Part shown: positions 55,894-64,000 of the stretch, piece after piece
Layout: each line of letters begins with the position of its first letter
Numbering within the stretch: the stretch's first letter is position 1
Source of the DNA: Candidatus Hadarchaeota archaeon
Lineage (GTDB): Archaea > CAYQAE01 > CAYVLA01
Assembly: GCA_964621445.1 (NCBI GenBank)
Contig: CAZUNO010000008.1
Span: 1-64,000, forward strand
Direction: 5' to 3'
Length of the DNA stretch: 64,000 nucleotides
The notes under the pieces: model-generated
What the model was told of the DNA's origin: nothing
Seen by the model: the letters and a program-made list of their open reading frames with translations, nothing else
Database searches by the model: none
Program-made: the position numbers and the translations under genes

Positions 55894-56300
55894 TCAATTT
55901 GCCAAGGAAGGATTTCACGTTCAGAGGAAAGAGCCTGGAAGAGCTGACCTCAATGTCATTTGAGGACTTCCTTAAGCTGCTTCCGGCTAGACAGCGGAGG
56001 TCTATTAACAGAGGTTTTTCGGAACAGCACCGGAACCTCATCCGAAAGATAAGAAGTCTTGACGAGTCGGAGAAGGAGAAGGTAGTGATTAGAACCCATT
56101 GCAGGGATTTCGTTGTGCTGCCCGAGATGGTGGGCATTACGCTTGAGTTATATAACGGTCAGGAGTTCAAAAGACTGGATATAAAGGAGGAGATGATTGG
56201 TCATTTCCTAGGGGAGTTCGTGCTAACCAGACAGAGGGTTGAGCACAGCGCACCCGGCGTTGGAGCAACGCGAAGCTCAAAGTATGTTCCATTGAAGTAG
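55890..56300 (+). CDS. rps19: 30S ribosomal protein uS19
   Basis: RTHCRD, PEMVG, MIGHFLGEF, GATRSSKYVPLK. Confidence 0.97.
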   Translation: MINLPRKDFTFRGKSLEELTSMSFEDFLKLLPARQRRSINRGFSEQHRNLIRKIRSLDESEKEKVVIRTHCRDFVVLPEMVGITLELYNGQEFKRLDIKEEMIGHFLGEFVLTRQRVEHSAPGVGATRSSKYVPLK

Positions 56301-56308
56301 GCGATATC

Positions 56309-56773
56309 ATGGCAAAACTGGGATATTCATATAACAAGGTTCATGATCCCTCTAGCACCAGCAAGGCCATGGGAAGGGAACTGAGGATCTCCCCGAAGGA
56401 CGCAGTGGAGATATGTAGGGAGATTCGTGGAAAGGACCTCGACGATGCATACTTCTACCTGGAGAGGGTTATTGAAGGGGAACAGGTTGTACCCTACAAG
56501 AAACACAAAGGTAAGCTATCCCACAAGAAATCCCTGAACAAATGGCACACGGGAAAGCGGCCCGTCAAGGCCTGCGAGGCCATAATGGAGGTTTTGGAAA
56601 ACGCTCATAATAACGCGACCTACAAAGGTCTGGATGAAGATTCTCTCTTTGTCCGGCACGCAAGTTCAAGAAAGGGCTTCGTGATTAGAGGGTTCAAACA
56701 TAGGGCGAGAGGACGTGTAGTGTCCTCGGACAAGCCCACTACAAACATTGAGATTTGGCTCGGTGAGAAGTGA
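56309..56773 (+). CDS. rpl22: 50S ribosomal protein uL22
   Basis: ISPKDAVEIC, PVKA, NATYKGL, RARGR. Confidence 0.96.
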   Translation: MAKLGYSYNKVHDPSSTSKAMGRELRISPKDAVEICREIRGKDLDDAYFYLERVIEGEQVVPYKKHKGKLSHKKSLNKWHTGKRPVKACEAIMEVLENAHNNATYKGLDEDSLFVRHASSRKGFVIRGFKHRARGRVVSSDKPTTNIEIWLGEK

Positions 56774-56774
56774 T

Positions 56775-57614
56775 TTGGCTAGAGAAAGGTTATTTGTTGA
56801 GGAAGGCATAAGGAAGGCGGACATAAAGGAGTTTCTGCGGCGAAAGCTGCAGAGAGCCAAATTTGGTGGCCTAGATATAAAGAGGACAGCCCTCAGGACC
56901 CGAATGGTCCTATACGCGGAACGTCCCGGTCTGGTTATCGGACGTAGAGGGAGGAATATTAAGAATCTGACCAAGGTTCTCCAGGAGAGATACGGTTTTG
57001 ATAACCTCCAGATAGAGGTGGAGGAGATACCCGTTCCGGAGCTAAGTCCGGAAGTGATGGGGAATCGTCTGGCGGCAATGCTAAAGGCAGGGAGACGGTT
57101 CAGAAGATCCGCCTACGGCACCCTGAATAGGATAATGGATGCCGGCGCCCAGGGTTGTGAAATCACGGTTTCGGGCAAGATCCGTGGTAATCGTTCCCGA
57201 ACGGTCAGGTTTGTTGATGGTGCCATAACCAAGTGCGGTGAGCCATCGAACCAAGTACTGGAGGGACTTGCCGTCGCCGACCTCAAGCAGGGAATGATGG
57301 GGATAAGGGTCAAGATAATGCCCCCCGATATACATATGCCGGATGATCTGGATATGGAAAGCCTGAAGGAGAAGGCTGCTCCGGAAGAGCCCTCTGAAGA
57401 GGGTCCAGAGGTGGCCCCCGAAGTTGAGCTTGTGGAGGAAGTCGAGGAGGAATCCGAGGAAATTCCGCCCGAGGAAACAGGGGAAGCCACGGAGGAGGAA
57501 TCTCAGGATCTTGAGATAGAAGTAAGGGATGTTCCAAGTGAGGAGGAATCCGAGGTCCCTGAAGAGGATAGTTCTGACTCCGAAGAGGAGGATGAGGCCG
57601 AGGTTGAGGCCTAG
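56775..57614 (+). CDS. rps3: 30S ribosomal protein uS3 with long acidic C-terminal tail
   Basis: RPGLVIGRRG KH, GAQGCEITVSGK, GIRVKIM; TTG 56775. Confidence 0.96.
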   Translation: MARERLFVEEGIRKADIKEFLRRKLQRAKFGGLDIKRTALRTRMVLYAERPGLVIGRRGRNIKNLTKVLQERYGFDNLQIEVEEIPVPELSPEVMGNRLAAMLKAGRRFRRSAYGTLNRIMDAGAQGCEITVSGKIRGNRSRTVRFVDGAITKCGEPSNQVLEGLAVADLKQGMMGIRVKIMPPDIHMPDDLDMESLKEKAAPEEPSEEGPEVAPEVELVEEVEEESEEIPPEETGEATEEESQDLEIEVRDVPSEEESEVPEEDSSDSEEEDEAEVEA

Positions 57615-57628
57615 AGGGGTGAGAAAAA

Positions 57629-57850
57629 ATGGCCATCTTACGTTCAGACGAGATCCGAAACATGCCTGAGGCTGAAATCGAGGATGAGCTCTCCCGACTT
57701 AAGGAGGAGTTGGCGGGAGAAAAGGCGACTATGGCTCTCGGATCGCCCCCGGAGAACCCGGGGAGAATAAGGGAGCTAAGGAGAACAATTGCTAGAATTC
57801 TCACCATTCTCGGTGAGATTTCAGAGGAGAAGGGTGCAAGGAATGAGTGA
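57629..57850 (+). CDS. rpl29: 50S ribosomal protein uL29
   Basis: [17 protein letters not shown]. Confidence 0.96.
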   Translation: MAILRSDEIRNMPEAEIEDELSRLKEELAGEKATMALGSPPENPGRIRELRRTIARILTILGEISEEKGARNE

Positions 57851-58151
57851 AGTCTGTCCAACATGTGGGCTTCCGAAGGATTTGTGTGTTTGCGAAGAGA
57901 TTGCAAGGGAAAAGCAGAGAATTCGTATCTACGCTACGAGGCGAAGATACGGGAAGTGGATGACAATTATCGAGGGAATAGATGACAGAGATGTGGACAC
58001 GAAGCAACTTACCAAACAGCTGAAGAGCAAACTTGCCTGCGGAGGTACCGTAAAGGAAGGTAGAATAGAGTTTCAGGGTGATCATAGGGATCGCGTGAAG
58101 GATTATCTCGTTGAGAAGGGATTTGAGGAAGATACCATAGACGTTTCCTAG
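57843..58151 (+). CDS. sui1: Translation initiation factor aIF1 (SUI1)
   Basis: CPTCGLP..LCVC, RRYGK, LACGGT, FQGDH; ATG 57843. Confidence 0.95.
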   Translation: MSEVCPTCGLPKDLCVCEEIAREKQRIRIYATRRRYGKWMTIIEGIDDRDVDTKQLTKQLKSKLACGGTVKEGRIEFQGDHRDRVKDYLVEKGFEEDTIDVS

Positions 58152-58165
58152 AGAGGAGATAACAG

Positions 58166-58441
58166 ATGGACGATTTGGCGAATGCAGTGAGAGGTGAGTT
58201 CATCGGAGAAGAGATGAAGGTAGTGTCACCTGGGCTTGCTTCGCCGGTCAGAGGAAGAGTTATTGACGAAACTAGGAACACGTTCCGCCTCCGGAGAGGG
58301 GAGGCGCAGACCTTGGTATGCAAGAAGGGATCCAGAATATTTCTTCGAAGAAAGGAGTCAACTCTCGAGATCCCTGGAGATGTGCTGATCGGAAATCCCG
58401 AGGATCGTATCAAGAAGAAGATTAGGAGTAGAATGAGATGA
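58166..58441 (+). CDS. rnp1: RNase P protein component 1 (Rpp29/POP4)
   Basis: EFIG, GRVIDETRNT, G..LIGNPEDR; conserved position. Confidence 0.9.
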   Translation: MDDLANAVRGEFIGEEMKVVSPGLASPVRGRVIDETRNTFRLRRGEAQTLVCKKGSRIFLRRKESTLEIPGDVLIGNPEDRIKKKIRSRMR

Positions 58442-58764
58442 GTGCCAGAGGGCTAGTTACCAAGATTCCAGAATCGGAATGTCAGGATGATAAGTGTCCA
58501 TTCCACGGCGCCCTAAAGGTTAGAGGAAAGACCATCGACGGAGTGGTGGTTAGGGACAGGATGGAGAACAGCGTTGTTGTGGCTACGGAATACCTCCTGT
58601 ATCAGAGCAAGTTCCGGCGGTATGAGAAGAGGACCGGGAAATATCACGCACACAACCCGGAATGCATAGATGCAACCGTGGGAGACCGGGTAAGGATAGC
58701 GGAATGCAGGCCATTAAGCAAGACCATATCTTTCGTTGTGATCGAGAAGATGGAGGGAGAATAA
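58438..58764 (+). CDS. rps17: 30S ribosomal protein uS17
   Basis: CPFHG.L.VRG, RYEKR, HNPEC, ECRPLSKT. Confidence 0.96.
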   Translation: MSARGLVTKIPESECQDDKCPFHGALKVRGKTIDGVVVRDRMENSVVVATEYLLYQSKFRRYEKRTGKYHAHNPECIDATVGDRVRIAECRPLSKTISFVVIEKMEGE

Positions 58765-59190
58765 TTGCCCAAGAAAGGAATGGGTGGCTCAAGAGGACAG
58801 GTTCATTATACCCCTATAAAGGCCCTGCCCCTCGGTTCACGCCTATTATGCATCGATAACACGGGGGCCAAGGAACTGGAGGTCGTCTCCGTCATCGGTG
58901 AGAAGACGACTAGGAGAAGATACCCCGCCTGCGGGGTGGGAGATATGATCATGGTATCTGTAAAGAAGGGTACCCCTGATATGCGCCGTCAGATTCTCCG
59001 TGCAGTTGTCGTAAGGCAGAGGAAGGAGTATCGGAGGGACAGCGGTATGAGGGTGAAGTTTGAGGACAACTCCGCCGTTCTGGTAACCGAGGAAGGAATA
59101 CCGAGGGGTTCAGAAATCAGGGGCGTTATCGCCCGGGAAGCAGTTGAGAGATGGCCTAGGCTGGGAGGCATAGCCAGCGCAGTGGCCTAG
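58765..59190 (+). CDS. rpl14: 50S ribosomal protein uL14
   Basis: [23 protein letters not shown]. Confidence 0.96.
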   Translation: MPKKGMGGSRGQVHYTPIKALPLGSRLLCIDNTGAKELEVVSVIGEKTTRRRYPACGVGDMIMVSVKKGTPDMRRQILRAVVVRQRKEYRRDSGMRVKFEDNSAVLVTEEGIPRGSEIRGVIAREAVERWPRLGGIASAVA

Positions 59191-59202
59191 GAGGAAAGTT
59201 AA

Positions 59203-59574
59203 TTGAGCAATTCAGTAACTTCAAAGCCGTCAAAGGTCAGAAAGAGGCAATTCGCGAGTGATAAGCATAGGAAACGCCGTAATCTAAACGCTCACATGTC
59301 CCAGGATCTGATCTCCCAATATGGGACCAGAAGCATGCCCCTTAGGGAGGGAGATAAGGTCCGGGTGATGAGGGGAGATTTCGTTGGCCACGAGGAAGAG
59401 GTCAGCGATGTTGATTTGGACAGGGGGATCGTGTATGTAAAGGAGTTGACCAGAGAGAAGGCTGACGGTACCAAGGCCTTCATTCCCATACATCCCTCAA
59501 ACTTGGAAATTACGGATGTTGATCTAGATGATGAAAGAAGACAGAAGATACTACAGAGGAGGGGGCTGCCGTGA
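59203..59574 (+). CDS. rpl24: 50S ribosomal protein uL24
   Basis: GDKVRVMRG KOW, IHPSNLEI. Confidence 0.96.
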   Translation: MSNSVTSKPSKVRKRQFASDKHRKRRNLNAHMSQDLISQYGTRSMPLREGDKVRVMRGDFVGHEEEVSDVDLDRGIVYVKELTREKADGTKAFIPIHPSNLEITDVDLDDERRQKILQRRGLP

Positions 59575-60281
59575 AGAGGCACATGAAGCGCTTTTCAGCT
59601 CCTAAGCACTGGAAGCTGGAGTCCAAGACCCACACCTTTGCCGTTAAACCCGTACCCGGTCCCCATCCCACCGAGCAAGGAATACCTCTTCTGGGTATTG
59701 TAAGGGACTTTCTTGGTTACGCCCAGAATGGGAAGGAGGCCAGGCGGGTAATCGAGAATGGAGAGGTTCTGGTCGACCACCAGACACGGAAGGAACCGAA
59801 GTACGCGGCCGGGGTAATGGACGTGATATCAATACCCAAGACCGAAGAGGATTTCCGGCTGGTGCCCGGTGAGAAGGGCCTGAGGATGCAGCCTATACCA
59901 AAATCCAAGTCGGATTTCAAGCTGGTGAGGATAATGGGCAAGACCATGATCCGGGGAGGCAAACTCCAGGTTAATCTGCATGATGGCAGTAATATCGAGG
60001 TAGACCCCTCCGAGTCCGGGGAATATTCGGTCGGAGACGTGCTGGAGATGACCATCCGGGCCAGAAAAATCAAGGACAAGATGAGCATCAAACCGGGAAA
60101 CATGGCCTACGTATACAAGGGTAGGAACACCGGCAAACTGGGAAGGATAGAGAAGACCATCAAAGGAAAGGCAATGCAGCCCAATACGGTGATAATGACC
60201 GTAAATGATTCGGAACTTCACACCCTGGAGGATTATGTCCTGGTGGTCGGCAGGGAAAGCCCGAAGATAAAGGTGAATTGA
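59571..60281 (+). CDS. rps4e: 30S ribosomal protein eS4
   Basis: HMKRFSAP, PGPH, GVMDVISI, LHDG, GRNTG. Confidence 0.96.
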   Translation: MKRHMKRFSAPKHWKLESKTHTFAVKPVPGPHPTEQGIPLLGIVRDFLGYAQNGKEARRVIENGEVLVDHQTRKEPKYAAGVMDVISIPKTEEDFRLVPGEKGLRMQPIPKSKSDFKLVRIMGKTMIRGGKLQVNLHDGSNIEVDPSESGEYSVGDVLEMTIRARKIKDKMSIKPGNMAYVYKGRNTGKLGRIEKTIKGKAMQPNTVIMTVNDSELHTLEDYVLVVGRESPKIKVN

Positions 60282-60282
60282 G

Positions 60283-60921
60283 ATGGCTACCGAGGAGAAC
60301 AGCAAAGATGAGGCGGTAGAGGAAGAGGAATCCGCTGAAGATGTAGAGCCGGAGGAGGAGTCTCAGGATCGAGAATCCAAACCCGACATAGAAGCTGACG
60401 CCTCCTCAGAGACAAAGAACGTTATGCAGGAGCCAGTGCTGAACAAGGTAGTTGTCAACATAGGTGTCGGTGAGGCGGGGGAAAAGGTTGCCAGAGCGTC
60501 CTCCCTCCTAGAATCGCTCACCGGCCAGAGGCCGGTGAGGATTGCGGCCAAGAGAACTAACCGTGATTTTGGCATACGGAAAGGGGCGACCATAGGATGT
60601 AAGGTTACTCTGAGAAACGACAAGGCGAGGAACTTCCTGGAGAAGGCGTTCTCGGCCGTGGGGGATGAACTGAAGAGCAAGTCCTTCGATGACGAGGGGA
60701 ATTTTGCCTTTGGCATCGATGAGCACATCAACATATCGGGCGTTAAGTACGATCCATCCATCGGGATATATGGAATGGATGTCTGTGTCAATGTCGAGAA
60801 GAGGGGTTATCGCGTTAAGAGAAGGAAGATCAGGAAGAAGAAAATACCCAGTCACCACAGGGTCACCAGGAAGGAGACCATAGATTTCATTCAAAGAGAA
60901 TTCGATGTGAGGGTTGAATAG
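60283..60921 (+). CDS. rpl5: 50S ribosomal protein uL5 with acidic N-terminal extension
   Basis: KVVVNIGVGE, FGIRKG, GNFAFGI.EHI, YDPSIGIYGMD. Confidence 0.96.
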   Translation: MATEENSKDEAVEEEESAEDVEPEEESQDRESKPDIEADASSETKNVMQEPVLNKVVVNIGVGEAGEKVARASSLLESLTGQRPVRIAAKRTNRDFGIRKGATIGCKVTLRNDKARNFLEKAFSAVGDELKSKSFDDEGNFAFGIDEHINISGVKYDPSIGIYGMDVCVNVEKRGYRVKRRKIRKKKIPSHHRVTRKETIDFIQREFDVRVE

Positions 60922-61083
60922 ATGCGTCTGAAAAAGACAGGTAAGAAGAAGTACGGCAATGATGCTTATCACTGTAGGCGTTGTGGATCAGCTGATGCGG
61001 TAATCAGGCAGTACGGCCTGCAGATCTGCCGTCGTTGTTTCAGGGAAATTTCGGAGGATATCGGTTTCAAGAAGCTTGATTAG
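60922..61083 (+). CDS. rps14: 30S ribosomal protein uS14, zinc-binding type (not in ORF track)
   Basis: 53 aa: ...HCRRCG...IRQYGLQICRRCFRE...IGFKKLD. Confidence 0.95.
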   Translation: MRLKKTGKKKYGNDAYHCRRCGSADAVIRQYGLQICRRCFREISEDIGFKKLD

Positions 61084-61091
61084 GTGATGGC

Positions 61092-61484
61092 ATGGCGTTA
61101 AATGATACGTTGGCAAATGCTCTCTCGGCTATAAAGAACAGTCAGATGATGGGGAAGAGGACCTGCGTCATACATCCTGCCTCTAAGCTTATCGAATCGG
61201 TGTTACTACTCGCCCAGAAAGAGGGATATATCGGCGAGTTTGAGCTCTACGATGATGGCAAGGCCGGCGTTTTCAAGGTCGAACTCTACGGGGCGATAAA
61301 TAATTGCGGGGTTATCAAGCCTCGTCATCCAATAAAGAACGGTGAGTTTGAGAAATGGGAGAGGAGATTCCTACCCGCTTCGAATTTCGGTCACCTTATA
61401 GTGAGCACGAATAGGGGAGTTCTTTCCCACAGAACTGCTAGGGAGGAAGGATTGGGCGGAATCCTTCTTGCATACTTCTATTGA
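61092..61484 (+). CDS. rps8: 30S ribosomal protein uS8
   Basis: SKLI, GYIGEFE, INNCGVIKPR, STNRG, GGILLAY. Confidence 0.96.
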   Translation: MALNDTLANALSAIKNSQMMGKRTCVIHPASKLIESVLLLAQKEGYIGEFELYDDGKAGVFKVELYGAINNCGVIKPRHPIKNGEFEKWERRFLPASNFGHLIVSTNRGVLSHRTAREEGLGGILLAYFY

Positions 61485-61494
61485 GGTCAGTGAT

Positions 61495-62046
61495 ATGGTA
61501 ACTCCAGAGGCCAGCAAAGATTTTGAGATTCCAGAAGAAGTCGAGGTTTCAAGGGAGGGAAGAACCCTCACGGTTAGTGGACCTAAGGGCAGTCTAACCA
61601 GAGAATTCCCGGATAGGGATATCCTATTGGAGGTTGAAAATGACCTTCTGACCGTGAAGACCCACTTTCCATCAAAGAAGAAGGTTGCACTCTTCGGAAT
61701 GTATTCGGGTAGAGTTAGAAACATGATGCAGGGCGTAACCAAGGGATTTACGTCCAGATTGAAGATAATTAGCTCCCACTTCCCAATAAGCGTTGAGGTA
61801 AGGGACGAAGGGGTCCTGGTGAAAAACTTCCTAGGCGAGAGACACCCGAGGCATGCCCGTATTCACCGGGGATCGCAGGTGTCGGTTGATGGGGAGTTCA
61901 TCAGCGTCACCGGGAATGACAAGGATGCAGTTGCTCAGACGGCTGCAAATATCGAACAGGCAACGATCATTCGTGGTAGAGATAGACGAATTTTCCAAGA
62001 CGGCATATATCTCGTGGAGAAGACTCATCTTACGGAGGAATCCTAA
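61495..62046 (+). CDS. rpl6: 50S ribosomal protein uL6
   Basis: GPKG, NMMQGVTKG, HFP, NFLGE, DRRIFQDGIY; ATG 61495. Confidence 0.96.
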   Translation: MVTPEASKDFEIPEEVEVSREGRTLTVSGPKGSLTREFPDRDILLEVENDLLTVKTHFPSKKKVALFGMYSGRVRNMMQGVTKGFTSRLKIISSHFPISVEVRDEGVLVKNFLGERHPRHARIHRGSQVSVDGEFISVTGNDKDAVAQTAANIEQATIIRGRDRRIFQDGIYLVEKTHLTEES

Positions 62047-62405
62047 TGTCAAAGGCTAATCAGAGCAATAAGGGTAAAAAGAAACCCAAATTTGTCAGGT
62101 GTAAAGGTCAGCATATGAATAGACTGGGTGATAAGTGGAGAAAGCCCAGGGGGATCGATAGCAAGATGCGTGGATCGGTCTTCGGAAAACAGAAGATGCC
62201 CAAGGTGGGGTATGGTGGAGATAGCAGTTATAGAGGTCTCCACCCCTCGGGCTACGAGGAGGTAACCGTCCATAGGCCGAAGGATCTCAATGACATGGAC
62301 CCATCGGTCCAGGCCGCTCGGGTGTCGGGCAAGGTAGGTCTCCAGAAGAAGGAGAGAATTCTTGCCAAGGCCGATGAGCTGGGAATAAAGATACTGAATA
62401 GGTAA
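62046..62405 (+). CDS. rpl32e: 50S ribosomal protein eL32
   Basis: WRKPRGIDSKMR, GYG, RGLHPSG. Confidence 0.96.
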   Translation: MSKANQSNKGKKKPKFVRCKGQHMNRLGDKWRKPRGIDSKMRGSVFGKQKMPKVGYGGDSSYRGLHPSGYEEVTVHRPKDLNDMDPSVQAARVSGKVGLQKKERILAKADELGIKILNR

Positions 62406-62414
62406 GGGTCAAAG

Positions 62415-62864
62415 TTGAATTTACGTTTCGTAAGAAGAATGGCAGCGGATATCCTAGAGGTAGGAGAGAATGCCGTGTGGCTAGACCCAGAGAGAGGTGG
62501 AGAGATATCGACTGCCATCACCAGGGACGACGTCAGGCGGCTTATCAGAGAGGGGAAGATCCGGTCCAGGCCCGAGAATAGTAAGAGCAAGGGCAGGATG
62601 AGGCATAGATCCAGTCAAAAGGCAAAGGGCAGAAGGAAGGGGGCAGGTAAGAGAAAGGGATCCAAGAATGCCCGAAAGCCAAAGAAGGATGCCTGGGCCA
62701 GCAAGATCAGAGCTCTGAGATCCAGGCTTGCCGAGATGCGTGACGAGAGAAGGATAGATCGAAAATCCTATAGGAAGCTTTACCGCATGGCCAAGTCCGG
62801 GTATTTCAGAAGCGTTTCCCATCTCGAGACCTATGTCAAGGAAAATAACCTAGAGATGAGTTAA
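62415..62864 (+). CDS. rpl19e: 50S ribosomal protein eL19
   Basis: VWLDP, ITRDDVRRLI, RKG..NAR, YRKLYRMAKSG. Confidence 0.96.
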   Translation: MNLRFVRRMAADILEVGENAVWLDPERGGEISTAITRDDVRRLIREGKIRSRPENSKSKGRMRHRSSQKAKGRRKGAGKRKGSKNARKPKKDAWASKIRALRSRLAEMRDERRIDRKSYRKLYRMAKSGYFRSVSHLETYVKENNLEMS

Positions 62865-62865
62865 G

Positions 62866-63435
62866 ATGGCTAAGGGAAGAACCTACAGGGTTTCATTGAA
62901 AAGACGGAGGGAGGGAAAGACCGACTATAGACGTAGAACCCGTTATCTAGTGTCAGGCCTACCGAGACTTGTAGTTAGGAGGTCCAATGCCCATTACTTC
63001 GTTCACGTGGTCGTTCCTTCCGAGGACGGAGATATAACCATGAGTTCCGCCCATTCGAAGGAGTTGGGTAGTCGCTTCGGTTGGAAGGGACACGGGTCCA
63101 ACATCTCAGCAGGATATCTCACGGGATATCTATGCGGCAAGCGTTCCCTGCAGGCGGGCATAACCGAGGCAATCCTCGACACCGGACTAGTCATACCTGA
63201 AGCCGGCTCCAACGTTTTCGCTGTGCTCAAGGGGGCCATCGATTCCGGCCTTGAGGTTCCCTGTGACCAGGGCTGCTTCCCTGATATGGATAGGATTGAG
63301 GGTAAGTCCGTGGCCGAGGCAGCCGAGGAGGACGATGAGGTCAAGGAATACAGGGGAGAGGGTGTTGAGCCCGGGTCCCTGCCCGATCACTTCAGAGACG
63401 TCTTAGATGAGATTGATGAACAGATGGAGGAATGA
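62866..63435 (+). CDS. rpl18: 50S ribosomal protein uL18
   Basis: RRREGKTDY, RLVVRRSN, YLTGYL, KGAIDSGL. Confidence 0.96.
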   Translation: MAKGRTYRVSLKRRREGKTDYRRRTRYLVSGLPRLVVRRSNAHYFVHVVVPSEDGDITMSSAHSKELGSRFGWKGHGSNISAGYLTGYLCGKRSLQAGITEAILDTGLVIPEAGSNVFAVLKGAIDSGLEVPCDQGCFPDMDRIEGKSVAEAAEEDDEVKEYRGEGVEPGSLPDHFRDVLDEIDEQMEE

Positions 63436-63439
63436 CTAG

Positions 63440-64000
63440 ATGCAAAACGAAGCTTGGGTTCCCAAAACGGAACTCGGAAAGAAGGTCTTTGATGGTTCAA
63501 TAACTTCAATGAAGGAGATAATGGAGCAGGGCTCCTCCATACTGGAGACCAATATCGTAGACCACCTGCTTCCCAACATCGATAGTGAGATACTCGATAT
63601 CAACAGGGTTCAGAGGAGAGACCGTTCGGGAAGGAAACTGAGATACCGGGTGGTAATTGTCGTTGGTAACAGGGACGGCTATGTTGGTCTGGGTCAGGGG
63701 AAGGCGAATGAGGTATATGGATCCATACAGAAGGCAGTCAAGGATGGCAAGAAGAACCTGATCTATGTTAAACGAGGTTGCGGTAGCTGGGAGTGCGGCT
63801 GTGGAAAACCGCACACGGTTCCCTTCATGGTAAGGGGAAAATCCGGTAGCGTCAGCGTCGAATTGGTGCCAGCTCCCAGAGGAATAGACCTGGCCGCTGG
63901 AGGTGTCGCAAGGACCATACTCGAGTTGGCAGGCATAGAGGACGTTTGGTCCAGGGTTCAGGGCAAGAGCCAGACTACATTGAACTATGCCATTGCCACC
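63440..64000 (+). CDS. rps5: 30S ribosomal protein uS5 (partial, runs off the window)
   Basis: WVPKTELGK, VGNRDGYVGLG, RGCGSWECGC..PHT, PAPRG; open to the window end. Confidence 0.96.
   Translation, partial: MQNEAWVPKTELGKKVFDGSITSMKEIMEQGSSILETNIVDHLLPNIDSEILDINRVQRRDRSGRKLRYRVVIVVGNRDGYVGLGQGKANEVYGSIQKAVKDGKKNLIYVKRGCGSWECGCGKPHTVPFMVRGKSGSVSVELVPAPRGIDLAAGGVARTILELAGIEDVWSRVQGKSQTTLNYAIAT

Noticed and set aside
1-64000. CRISPR arrays, tRNA/rRNA genes, IS elements, integrases, prophage
   Set aside because: No spaced direct repeats, cloverleaf or T-loop motif in intergenic DNA, or transposase/integrase ORFs seen; almost all sequence is explained by housekeeping CDSs.

Overview
Gene-dense archaeal chromosome segment of roughly balanced GC content. 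The gene set is euryarchaeal-type: LonB, SepF, DacZ, tetraether synthase Tes, PolB3, non-discriminating AspRS, and the L3-S5 ribosomal cluster with embedded aIF1 and Rpp29. A finer lineage cannot be fixed from sequence alone. Contents are mostly housekeeping: translation and RNA modification, replication (PolB, FEN1, dUTPase), six ether-lipid/isoprenoid genes, an Opp ABC importer, a MoxR-DUF58-transglutaminase cluster and several unknown surface proteins. I saw no tRNA, rRNA, CRISPR array, transposase, integrase or intein. The best new leads are: (1) a ~210-nt leader with U-tracts, a repeated motif and short palindromes upstream of the termination factor fttA/aCPSF1, suggesting autoregulation by premature termination; (2) overlapping dacZ and tes genes, linking c-di-AMP to GDGT synthesis; (3) a hairpin leader on the L3/L4 operon; (4) a surface alpha-SNAP/TPR-like protein beside half of a split DUF1616 and a membrane-anchored nuclease; (5) an orphan Bax1 with a substituted catalytic residue; (6) a dUTPase with a PIP-like tail. 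Family calls come from motif recognition by eye; no database search was run.
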